This document shows positions 29,101-36,761 of a stretch of DNA of 64,000 nucleotides, one piece after another. The DNA lies in NCBI GenBank assembly GCA_029261055.1, contig JAJDCA010000038.1, positions 9,619 to 73,618 on the forward strand, read 5' to 3'. The first letter of the stretch is position 1; each line of letters opens with the position of its first letter. Source of the DNA: Candidatus Omnitrophota bacterium (GTDB lineage Bacteria; Omnitrophota; Gorgyraeia; Zapsychrales; Zapsychraceae). The notes under the pieces are model-generated. The model saw nothing but the letters and a program-made list of their open reading frames with translations. It was not told the origin of the DNA and made no database searches. The position numbers and the translations under genes were made by a program.

Positions 29101-30036
29101 TTTGATTTTGTTTTGATCGACATAGACTTGTCCTAACAGCGATTGTTTGAGGTTTTGTTTGTACCACGCGGCGAGGATCATGGCATGATAAATCTGACGG
29201 AGATTGGCAAAAGTTTTGCCTTCGTTGACTTCGTGTTCGATGGCGGGTAACAAAATATCGCGAATGATAGACGTTGTAATATTTGAATGCGTAGGGGTAT
29301 GATTTATCATGCCCTTGTCTTGGGTTTGATGAATCAAACCCCTACGATCCGCATGTTCCATCGCTAAATAATCTTCCTCCAACATCACCTTCAAATGACT
29401 CTCCAACACATAGGTCGTGGCGGTGGCTTCGTGTTCATAGACGACAGCCTTCTCCGGTACGATCCATACTTTGTGAAAGGTATCCATTGGGATATCTGTC
29501 GTACCGAATTCAGCCTGTGCGCGTTCGTAAACACGCGTCCAAAATTCTTCCCCTAAATCTTCTTCCGGATGCATCAACGATGAGGTCAGCTGTTTCAACA
29601 TATAATCTTGCGCAAGCATGTCGCGCCCCATATCTGTTTCGCCTAACCCTCCGGCGATAATGCGATCCGGTTCATTCGGGCTTAAATTCACCCACATTTC
29701 TTTCTCCGGAACCGTCAAAGCAGCCAAAAAATATTTGACGAGTTTGGTGATTTCCGTATTCAAGGCTTCACCTTGCGGCATCGCCGTATCTCCGGAATCA
29801 ATAATAAAATTGAATTTAAGCGGATTATCGGGATGGATGGTAATACCACGCACCATTGTAGGCATAAATGCATCAGTCGGCCCCACAAAACTTCCGGGTA
29901 TCGGCAGGTTTACTACAGATTGTGCTGGCATCTGCGCATAACCTGGAGGAACTAAAGTGATCATTATAAAGACAATCACCATAAAAAAAGATAGAATTCG
30001 ATAAAAAACCTTCATTTTTTTGTGTTCTTTAAACAT
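23122..30036 (-). CDS. Giant secreted multidomain protein (2304 aa) of unknown function
   Basis: Uninterrupted 6.9-kb ORF with an N-terminal signal peptide. Residues 40-380 are paralogous to ORF 1074..3116. There is an internal duplication (..DYAMMGEARDAE.. / ..DFAMMGEVTDEQ.. units). There is a degenerate receiver-like region (VIAVMEKSEK...IDLVIAGE...). The C-terminal GGINLD...VKGFVPI motif is shared with the paralogue. Confidence 0.8.
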   Translation of the reverse strand: MFKEHKKMKVFYRILSFFMVIVFIMITLVPPGYAQMPAQSVVNLPIPGSFVGPTDAFMPTMVRGITIHPDNPLKFNFIIDSGDTAMPQGEALNTEITKLVKYFLAALTVPEKEMWVNLSPNEPDRIIAGGLGETDMGRDMLAQDYMLKQLTSSLMHPEEDLGEEFWTRVYERAQAEFGTTDIPMDTFHKVWIVPEKAVVYEHEATATTYVLESHLKVMLEEDYLAMEHADRRGLIHQTQDKGMINHTPTHSNITTSIIRDILLPAIEHEVNEGKTFANLRQIYHAMILAAWYKQNLKQSLLGQVYVDQNKIKGIDTEDKQMTQKIYDQYLDSFRKGVYDYIKEDYDAATDQIIPRKYFSGGIEISLAMLTTLDPTDIQINDVATIFISESAMSATVDLASLGEEAATSRHLDIFNLAGREQDSAMLNVEAIFRDINTHLKEKINRGNTDSIEFEANKVGRMSWQKYEQSAHPLRRKVLEGFLNVPGFWESIENHDLTIEIKEFLGDIFLRAYYVSTLPEAQPEDERRLLSALGALARMVAKYDLGHEVLNPVLINYLLHHSDKVPNLIAGIRILGMLAKTSLSERLREDDILWHRVDEFFDGVFGNKAVSSFVQKRQGEIRELPLGDSGSVNELGLGGDDDLSYEYVKREVRLNKVNLLNEEVFEFSLDPSLPLSREDLFNNIRVADNFSWFTGANYVDLNTIVELFPSNPLYVKEEIEREGVEASVNVRGILPIEKGELDKILVNNRRVLIVDQGGSVEWGVWDKEKLFEWLKPYVNRVGYVWDTYDEFQAPFVIIDLDSDVRNRLDKKNQDFQAESVQMISEELTEMGILAAFKAIKKIPPGKSWAKDHNEVEEWIKIIENALEKNKGLFSSNALAYQRLLERRGLSSKEKRNPPSRLTRTNILQDIKEEIEPNLDARVTEIAYEDLDFLTEEENDVIILKGGFIHFLPLELEGQRSEIKTLVNNESPRKKFYKPDNSDKYYLIVEGSEIIEQIVDDAMINDMQRNLTLDDVSEELKRIEQKNEKLSNKLAGMEVFRKWKIAGYTRGASISRKIEDIEELRYDEESTPELIEFMEKMEQEMDAVNQLFFPDVLESLMSDVYRQALGIINEHIDSNTVYEKLTDLFDQSKQQEINLSFMKIHNMVTSKVSLSEIHETILYYGILEISMPKEYVNVDIDKNSSLIPYKGKWLSSLIVPPLNKTIYFLKDMKNKKITWLFSQPDGSDSYDLKLPEKIIQKYQQRARKMIEHVLEQQEQRIHLLGNIADLGRNRVENEVLIRNKFNEAITGQSHDEFMIIDENTKRRILKNLDMPEAKIVLKVLQDYAMMGEARDAELSLEEKAGIQKILNVVDARINSRNHNEADVFLVNNLSEVKIERDDVDKFMDTKTHKDADIKVIRSKNDITYHITFEEIKKSEGQKPREITKIIINSEWPFEVKFGKIKNSLNNGNSQTTGNMKTVKEKKKTGLPVIAVMEKSEKNQEMIKNALSDKGYELIFITTQQQARDVIKDEDTKIDLVIAGEVFDEGVFDENVPAYYTSDVFLEWLNADDIGRNIPVFVLAHPYLKEAIMELHNNVKDVVSITSIDELTQKVQGVLGKSEENEGDVAMFMEIDEAVGKIIDSNFILSGITTPEEIVHEVQRLMGKDVLFDEGVGYYLSFGYVDHGRDQEKTASIFNAVTHLKKKLENRVNAYLKKIKTSDPDLFQDTANFIRRIQDDGTFGKSISEDHLQQKNIYHYGLDNSGKDFLRNIIINVLDKKKKSRLIESLKTAHLSERRIFLELTTIIEMTFKGQKMVVDEMERNLANYGNQLAQWDSEYFERFFPLYQVSSGSGWNSDLEKDEEYWKKERQSWQGFVSDMRTNGQRKVGQMSKLIEDIRGGELTTIIKKYDFYDSDQDSDLNFYEESIYDRIIRMLDVIVGEADFAMMGEVTDEQVGNEDRKFIVDAYQSVSNKDMNGKHTNEAENFLLRNLTHKDDWITGLYYGTVFYDIKSKKNIKVRIIQDQKNRNEYKLKFEEYNGRKERTIIISRKKQFAVRFAKDENIKQDTGDEKDRDRIMLKGIVRNLEDGDILGAIKKFQNRYPGKMIGILPSLKDFFSSLKLKSKAEKRSDENRQKALGLKFFMFIEGVREKYEGVFNYPNYVVLGEELEYLGEDFLWNIVDGVKLFINSSEGMEIEEYKDSSYFKKGFFRFKKGDIAMLSEGVDVFQGGDAQIDALGGINLDAAMLDLQVRRDGRGVPLPFDMQPADLSMRVKGFVPILRGVTFVPVVQLLGLGESDLPNEEAWLNAQHDILARDPNENLKSFKV

Positions 30037-30265
30037 TTTATATAAATCTCCTATTTGAAACCGTTTTCTTGGGTTAGATACAGTAAAGATACCATATTTT
30101 CAACAAATGACAAACGTACCCAAACAGCCTTTATTTATGTTGTAACTGAAAGCAATCAAATAAGATATAAACATCTATATAATTATGTAAAAAGCACAAA
30201 AACCATAACCTATTTGTTTTCATATGGTTATATCCTTTAAAATAACGGATTTTTTCATCAAAAAA

Positions 30266-30287
30266 GCCCAGTCTCATAGACTGGGCT
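30266..30287. terminator. Bidirectional rho-independent terminator hairpin
   Basis: AAAAA-GCCCAGTCT-CATA-AGACTGGGC-TTT. It lies downstream of the minus-strand gene 30438..30890. Confidence 0.6.
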
Positions 30288-30437
30288 TTAAAAGTTGTCG
30301 CTGGTATTGGCTGTATCTAAATAGGCATTGCCTGGCCGAAATAATAGAGATCCCTATTATTTTATATAAATTTTTTGGGGATAGTAATGATTATAACGCC
30401 AGTAGGGATAAAACTTTTTAATATGCGCCATACGCCG

Positions 30438-30890
30438 CTATATCAACGTATTTGAATTATCCATCAAGGCTTTAATTTCTTTAATTTGCCCCATTTTAAA
30501 CTGTATTAACATATCAAACAAATCTTTTGACTGTGTATACACCAGAACATCCCTCAAATGCTTATAGTATTTTTCAATTTCTTCCTCATACATTAAAACC
30601 TTATACATAATTTCTTCTCCAGAAGCCTCATTCGAGATTTCACATTGGCAATAGTTTTCTTTAATTGTATACTCAGGCAAATTCTTTATAAATTCAGAAT
30701 CTTTGTACTCATCCATATTAATACTATCAAATACTTTCAAATGCTTAATCTGCCTCTCCTTTAATGTCACTACAATCCCTTTTGATCGTACATCGTGCAT
30801 TGTTTGTTCCATATTCTCATAACAAACCAATAATCGTTTTTCCCAACCAATAATCGTACGTAATATTTGATCTAATCTTTGAATAGCCAT
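30438..30890 (-). CDS. Hypothetical protein
   Basis: 150-aa ORF with no recognisable motifs. Confidence 0.4.
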   Translation of the reverse strand: MAIQRLDQILRTIIGWEKRLLVCYENMEQTMHDVRSKGIVVTLKERQIKHLKVFDSINMDEYKDSEFIKNLPEYTIKENYCQCEISNEASGEEIMYKVLMYEEEIEKYYKHLRDVLVYTQSKDLFDMLIQFKMGQIKEIKALMDNSNTLI

Positions 30891-31054
30891 GTCACCCTCC
30901 TTTCTTTTATCCTTCTATCTATATTATACGCATATTAATAAATAGTTGAAGTCGACAAAACACGTAAGAATGTACGTAATATTACTCAGAATTTAAACTA
31001 TTATTTATAAATGTTCTGATCTATAATTTAAATATAAAAAAATAAAGGGTACAC

Positions 31055-31660
31055 ATGAATAGACGAATATTTTTAAATACATTCGGCAAAATTTTGATGG
31101 GCCTTGTTACCACCTTTGCCTTTTTGAAAATATTCTCTCTAAAAATTCTACGTAATCCCGCCCCTCTTCGTTCATCCAAAGAACCTCAAATTCTTCGTCC
31201 ACCTGGCGCCTTAACAGAAAATAAATTTTTATCCAAATGCATCCGCTGCAATAGATGCCAAGAGGCTTGTCAAACTGGAGCAATTCGTCTTGGAACCCCT
31301 GGTGATGGCGCACAAATCGGAACCCCATTTATTCTGGCCCACGATACGGCTTGCGATCTTTGTCTAAAATGCACGACGGCATGCCCAACGGAAGCTCTTA
31401 TCCCTATTGATAAACCAGAAGAAGTCAAAATGGGTATTGCGATAGTTGATGAACGTACTTGTGTTTCTCATAATGGCACAGGTGTGTGTGGCGCCTGTTA
31501 CACAGCCTGTCCGTTTAAAAAACGTGCCATAACACAAGGCGCTCACAATGCCCCAACCATTCATCCCAGCCTTTGTGTTGGATGCGGACTATGTGAAGAA
31601 GCGTGTATTGTTAAAGGAATCAAAGCCATTCGTATTTTCTCCGGGAGGCAAACCACATGA
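31055..31660 (+). CDS. napG: NapG-like Tat-exported 4x[4Fe-4S] ferredoxin
   Basis: Twin-arginine motif MNRRIFL. LRPPGA...CIRCNRCQEAC plus three further CxxCxxCxxxCP clusters align with E. coli NapG. Confidence 0.7.
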   Translation: MNRRIFLNTFGKILMGLVTTFAFLKIFSLKILRNPAPLRSSKEPQILRPPGALTENKFLSKCIRCNRCQEACQTGAIRLGTPGDGAQIGTPFILAHDTACDLCLKCTTACPTEALIPIDKPEEVKMGIAIVDERTCVSHNGTGVCGACYTACPFKKRAITQGAHNAPTIHPSLCVGCGLCEEACIVKGIKAIRIFSGRQTT

Positions 31661-32685
31661 AACCTTCTATCCAATGGCTCCGGCATAGCATCCAACTGCT
31701 TGTTGTTCTATTTATTATCACGATGCCTTTGATTGCTCAGTATGGGGAATACCTTTATCAACGCAAACTAGATCATTTCCTTGACGAATGGCCTTCCTCT
31801 ATTACGAAAAATAGCCTCACCACCATTGAAAACTTTTTTCATGGAACAGACCCGTCGGTTAATCGCCAAGAAGTTCTTACTTCTCTTCAAAATATTCGAG
31901 GCAATACTTGGTCGGCACAAATATTTGGCCTATCCATGACGGATCCTCTGGCTGTTTTAGGCAGTATTTTCTCAAGTAAATCCGTTTCAAAGACTTTACT
32001 CTTTGGTTTGATGATTCCGGTTATTGCAACGATTCTTTTGGGAAGGGTTTTTTGTTCATGGATTTGTCCCATTGGATTTATCCTTGAAATGTCTGAGAAA
32101 TTAAGAAAAATTCTTTCCTTGTTTAAAATCCGACCTAGAAATGTCACTTTTGGACGAGGCAATAAATATATTCTTTTGACAGCAGGACTCATGACCTCTT
32201 TTCTTATCAGCGCCCCCTTATTAAATGAACTGTATCCCCCAGCCCTTATCGGACAAGAGATACAAAACGAAACTCAATTCCTGTTTGAACAAGCCGAAAA
32301 TAATCATTTCGATTTCAATTTAGGAGGATTAACAGGCATATCCTTATTCATCTTTTCTATCATTCTCTTAGAATTAATTATCTCAAAACGACTTTGGTGC
32401 CGATATCTCTGTCCTGGGGGAGCATTGTACAGTTTATTAGGTCGCAAGCGGCTGATACGTGTCCAACGTCATGCCGTGAAATGTACGGATTGTGCCGACT
32501 GCACAAAAGTATGTCCGATGGGGCTTAATCCTATGAAAGATAGCACGGGGATAGAATGCGATAACTGTCTTGCCTGCGTTTCCATTTGCTCAGAAGATGC
32601 GCTTAAAACACATGTATCGCTTAAAAGTACGCCTATAACTCAAAATTTTTCATCTTTGCAGATTGAGCAGCCTCCCAACCAATGA
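31657..32685 (+). CDS. napH: NapH/MauN-family membrane-bound ferredoxin
   Basis: GRVFCSWICP and RLWCRYLCP motifs, four TM helices and two C-terminal 4Fe-4S motifs. Confidence 0.7.
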   Translation: MKPSIQWLRHSIQLLVVLFIITMPLIAQYGEYLYQRKLDHFLDEWPSSITKNSLTTIENFFHGTDPSVNRQEVLTSLQNIRGNTWSAQIFGLSMTDPLAVLGSIFSSKSVSKTLLFGLMIPVIATILLGRVFCSWICPIGFILEMSEKLRKILSLFKIRPRNVTFGRGNKYILLTAGLMTSFLISAPLLNELYPPALIGQEIQNETQFLFEQAENNHFDFNLGGLTGISLFIFSIILLELIISKRLWCRYLCPGGALYSLLGRKRLIRVQRHAVKCTDCADCTKVCPMGLNPMKDSTGIECDNCLACVSICSEDALKTHVSLKSTPITQNFSSLQIEQPPNQ

Positions 32686-32737
32686 TTTTGGAGATTGGCT
32701 AAATAATTTGTTCAGCTAATCTCTTAATTAAGCAATC

Positions 32738-35700
32738 TTAAATATGCTTTTTATCTACAAACCACCCGTAAAAAGCTGGCAATGCCAATAAAGTAAGAAA
32801 TGTAGATGTAAAAAGACCTCCTATGACAACAACAGCCAATGGTCTCTGAATTTCTGATCCCGTTCCACTTGAAAACACCAAAGGTAACAAACCAAGACCC
32901 GTAGTCAATGCTGTCATCAACACCGGTCTTAATCGTAACATCGCTCCTTTGATAACAGTTTCATGAATGGAAAAACCTTCTTTCATCATTTCATTGAAAT
33001 AGGTCACCATAACAAGACCATTCTCAATAGCAATCCCGAAAAGCGCTATAAATCCAATAGAGGCCGGAACACTTAGGTTTAAATTAAATAACTTTAAGGA
33101 AATAATTCCACCCACCAAAGACAACGGAATATTAAGTAAAATAAGTAATGCCATCTTGAGTGAGTTGAAGGACATAAATAACAAAAGGAAAATCAAGAGC
33201 AACGTTACTGGAACGACAACTGACAATCGTTTATTTGCCTGTTGTTGCAATTCAAACTGACCTCCCCAGTGAAGAATATAACCGACAGGAAGATCAACTT
33301 GATCCTCTACCTTCTTCTGCGCTTCTTCAACAAATGTACCTATGTCCCGCCCCCTAACATTGCATTGAATTGTTATAAATCGTTGATTGTTTTCTCGACT
33401 AATTTGACGCGGCCCAACAACGGTTTTAATCTCTGCTAATTGATCTAATGGTATTTTTTGCCCACCAGGCGCATCAACGAGGAGATTTTTGATGGCCTTA
33501 ATGTCCCGACGAAACTCTTCCTGAAAACGTGCAAAGATAGCAAATTGCTTTTGTCCTTCATAGACCAAACCAACCTCTTCACCACCGATAGCCACTTTTA
33601 CTAACTCTTGAACTTCCGATACATTAATTCCATAGCGTGCTATTTTTTCTCGATCGATAATTATCTGCACTTGTGGCTGTCCAGTTACTTGATCAACTTG
33701 TAAGTCAGCTACCCCACGCACGCCTTCAATGGCTTCTTTGATTTCATCGGCACTCTTCTTTAAAATTTCTAAATCAGAACCAAAAAGCTTAATAGCCAAC
33801 TGCGCTTTTACGCCAGATACAAGTTCATCAACAGCAACAGCGATTGGTTGACTAAAATTAAGTTGCACCCCAGGCACTTTACCTACCTTCTCACTCATTT
33901 CTTCAACTAATTTCTCTGAGCTTATTCGCCTTTTCCACTCTTTTTCCTCTTTCAGCTCAATAAATATCTCCGAATTGTTTACCGGATCTGCATGAGCACC
34001 GACTTCTCCTCGACCTATGCGTGATATAACATGCTTCACCTCATCAAACTTTAGGAATTCCTTTTCTAAAATATTTACAACATTAACCGATTCTTTTAAT
34101 GAAATGCTCGGCGCCATTGTAGCTCTTACCAGCATATCCCCTTCATTTAACTTAGGGATAAACTCCTTTCCCAAAAAAGGAAACGTTATTAAACCCAACC
34201 CCAAAAGAACGGCAGTAATTATGAGTGGAATTTTTTTATGATCGACACATTGCCTTAAAAGCGGCTCATATACTTTCTTGGCTGTGCTAATAATAAAATT
34301 TTCTTTCTGTATATTCCCATTTAATTTTATAAGAAGAGATGATAACGCCGGAGCTAACGCCAATGAGAAAACCAGAGATCCAACCATGGCAAAGCTGATT
34401 GTATATGCCAATGGCGTGAACATTTTCCCTTCAACGCCTTGCAGAGTAAACAACGGTAAAAAAACAATAATGATTATAGATATCGCAAAGAAAATTGGAC
34501 GACTTACTTCATGACAAGCCGCCTTTATCAAAGCATCTTTTTTCTCTAATTCCGTTTTCTCTTCAATAAAGCGATAGACATTTTCTACAATAACTATGGC
34601 CGCATCGACCATCATCCCAATACCTATAGCAAGTCCTCCAAGACTCATAAGATTTGCCGATATTCCCATATAGCGCATACATATAAATGCCCACAGAATT
34701 GAAAATGGTAATGAAAGAACAACAATTAATGCACTTCTTATGTTGCCCATAAAGAAGAATAATACCAATGTTACTAATACTATTCCTTGAAATAAAGAAC
34801 TCTTTACCGTCGACACACACTTCTCTACTAAATCGGCTTGATCATAATAGGGAATAAGCGTCACCCCTTCTGGCAATATTTTATTTATCTCCCCTATTCT
34901 TGTTTTTACCGAACTAATAACATCTTGTGTGTTTTCACCAAAAAGCTTCAAAATAAAGCCTACGACAATTTCTCCTATGCCATCTCTTGAAGCTGTGCCT
35001 CTGTTGATTTCTGCACCAAACTCAACTTTGGCCACATCTCTTAAAAATATAGGCGTACTTTCCTCTGTCTTAACAACAATGCCCTCTAAATCTTCTTTTG
35101 TTTCAACAAGCCCAACGCTTCTGACTAAAAACTCCTCCTCTCCTTTCTCAAGAAATGATGCGCCAACATTGAGATTGTTTTCCTCAACAGCCTCAACAAT
35201 GTCATGCAAACTTAATCCCCACTTAATCATTCTGTTAGGATCAACTAACACTTGATATTGTTTTACCTCACCACCAATACTTAAAATTTCTGTAACGCCA
35301 GGAAGTGTTTGCAAATTAAATTTAATGATCCAATCTTGTATCGTTCTTAATTCCTTCTGGCCATAATTAGGGCCATCTAAATAATAAAATAAAATCTGAC
35401 CCATTCCTGTTGTGATTGGTCCCATTGCAGGCTCACCCAACCCTTCAGGCAGAGCTTCTTTCGCTTGAGTTAATCTTTCTTGTACTAACTGCCTTGCAAA
35501 ATATATATCCACGCCATCTTCAAAATAAACATTAACTATAGATAATCCAAAATTTGAAACAGAACGTATTTGCTTTAAATCAGGTAACCCATTCATAGAT
35601 ACTTCGACAGGATAAGTAATAAGCTTCTCTACTTCTTCTGGAGCTAAACCTTCTGTTTCTGTAAATACTTGAACAAGTGTTGGAGTAACGTCTGGAAAAG

Positions 35701-35824
35701 CATCAATAGGAAGATTTTTAAAAGAAAATATTCCAAAAACACAAATTAATACCGCTCCAATTATAGCCAATAATTTCTGCTTTAAAGAGAAGTCGACAAT
35801 CTTAGTGGTTATGTCCATCGCCAA
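32738..35824 (-). CDS. czcA: Heavy-metal efflux RND permease (CzcA/CusA family)
   Basis: 1028 aa, 12 TM helices. The N-terminal FPDVTPTLVQVFTETEGLAPEEVEKLITYPVE is typical of HME-RND pumps. Confidence 0.8.
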   Translation of the reverse strand: MAMDITTKIVDFSLKQKLLAIIGAVLICVFGIFSFKNLPIDAFPDVTPTLVQVFTETEGLAPEEVEKLITYPVEVSMNGLPDLKQIRSVSNFGLSIVNVYFEDGVDIYFARQLVQERLTQAKEALPEGLGEPAMGPITTGMGQILFYYLDGPNYGQKELRTIQDWIIKFNLQTLPGVTEILSIGGEVKQYQVLVDPNRMIKWGLSLHDIVEAVEENNLNVGASFLEKGEEEFLVRSVGLVETKEDLEGIVVKTEESTPIFLRDVAKVEFGAEINRGTASRDGIGEIVVGFILKLFGENTQDVISSVKTRIGEINKILPEGVTLIPYYDQADLVEKCVSTVKSSLFQGIVLVTLVLFFFMGNIRSALIVVLSLPFSILWAFICMRYMGISANLMSLGGLAIGIGMMVDAAIVIVENVYRFIEEKTELEKKDALIKAACHEVSRPIFFAISIIIIVFLPLFTLQGVEGKMFTPLAYTISFAMVGSLVFSLALAPALSSLLIKLNGNIQKENFIISTAKKVYEPLLRQCVDHKKIPLIITAVLLGLGLITFPFLGKEFIPKLNEGDMLVRATMAPSISLKESVNVVNILEKEFLKFDEVKHVISRIGRGEVGAHADPVNNSEIFIELKEEKEWKRRISSEKLVEEMSEKVGKVPGVQLNFSQPIAVAVDELVSGVKAQLAIKLFGSDLEILKKSADEIKEAIEGVRGVADLQVDQVTGQPQVQIIIDREKIARYGINVSEVQELVKVAIGGEEVGLVYEGQKQFAIFARFQEEFRRDIKAIKNLLVDAPGGQKIPLDQLAEIKTVVGPRQISRENNQRFITIQCNVRGRDIGTFVEEAQKKVEDQVDLPVGYILHWGGQFELQQQANKRLSVVVPVTLLLIFLLLFMSFNSLKMALLILLNIPLSLVGGIISLKLFNLNLSVPASIGFIALFGIAIENGLVMVTYFNEMMKEGFSIHETVIKGAMLRLRPVLMTALTTGLGLLPLVFSSGTGSEIQRPLAVVVIGGLFTSTFLTLLALPAFYGWFVDKKHI

Positions 35825-36761
35825 ACGCTCCTTTCTGCATTTCGGATTTTAGAGCAAAGCTTCCTTTGGAAACAATTTGATCCCCCTCATGCAAACCTTG
35901 CTTAATCTCGATAAACTCACCAAACTCACGCCCTACCTTAACTTCTTGAGCCTTGAATTCCTCTCCTTCAGATACAAATACAATATATTCATGATCAATT
36001 TGTTGAATTGCCTTTTGGCTGACAGACAGAACTTTTCCTCCTGTTGTAAAAATCACATTTCCGGTCACAAACATTCCCAAACGAAGTAAATGATCAAAAT
36101 TATCAACTTCCGCTCTAATTTTTATTGTTTGCGTATGTTTATCTATACGAGGAGAAACAAATACTATCTTCCCCTTAAAAACTTTATCAGGATAGGCCGT
36201 TGAATAGACATTGACATCTTGACCCACACTTACAAAGCGTAAATCTTTTTCATAAACATCAAATGATACGCGCAATTTATCTAAATCAGCTAAACTCGAT
36301 AAAGATCGAAGATTATCAATCTTTTCACCCGCCTTAACATGAATAGCAATCACGGTTCCATGATGAGGTGCAGAGATGGCTTCGATTGTTCCATCATCCT
36401 TTGTAATGGATAGGATTGCTTCATTTGAATCAATAATACTCCCTGTTTGAACATATATTTTTTTTACAACACCATCATATTCAGACGTAATATGCGTATA
36501 TTTATCTGTATCCTGAGCAATTTCTCCATAAACTTTAATCTTTTCTGTATACTCCCTTAATTGCGTCTTTTCAAACGTAAGTCCGATGGTTTTTTGCATT
36601 TCATCACCAACATGTAACCCTTTTCCTTCATTACCATGATCATCATGTCCTTCATGCTCCTGATGTTCTTGTGCAGCACTTAATCTTGGCACTACAAATA
36701 CAATGCTTAATGCTATATATAACCATATGAATTGTTTATTCATTTTTATAATCCTTTCCAA
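35802..36761 (-). CDS. RND efflux periplasmic adaptor (CzcB/CusB-like) with His-rich termini
   Basis: Membrane-fusion-protein architecture. The metal-binding-like HQEHEGHDDHGNEGKGLH and C-terminal GDGHNH stretches. Confidence 0.7.
   Translation of the reverse strand: MERIIKMNKQFIWLYIALSIVFVVPRLSAAQEHQEHEGHDDHGNEGKGLHVGDEMQKTIGLTFEKTQLREYTEKIKVYGEIAQDTDKYTHITSEYDGVVKKIYVQTGSIIDSNEAILSITKDDGTIEAISAPHHGTVIAIHVKAGEKIDNLRSLSSLADLDKLRVSFDVYEKDLRFVSVGQDVNVYSTAYPDKVFKGKIVFVSPRIDKHTQTIKIRAEVDNFDHLLRLGMFVTGNVIFTTGGKVLSVSQKAIQQIDHEYIVFVSEGEEFKAQEVKVGREFGEFIEIKQGLHEGDQIVSKGSFALKSEMQKGAFGDGHNH

Noticed and set aside
23122-30036. Reading the HEVNEG motif in the giant protein's N-domain as a zinc metalloprotease site.
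   Set aside because: It lacks the second His of HEXXH, and the paralogue has QEVNEG. It is not a credible catalytic site.
23122-30036. A Dot/Icm-type or other type IV C-terminal secretion signal on the giant protein.
   Set aside because: The protein has a clear N-terminal Sec signal instead. The C-terminal features (scattered Glu, Phe at -3) are too weak to call, and no type IV secretion genes are in the window.
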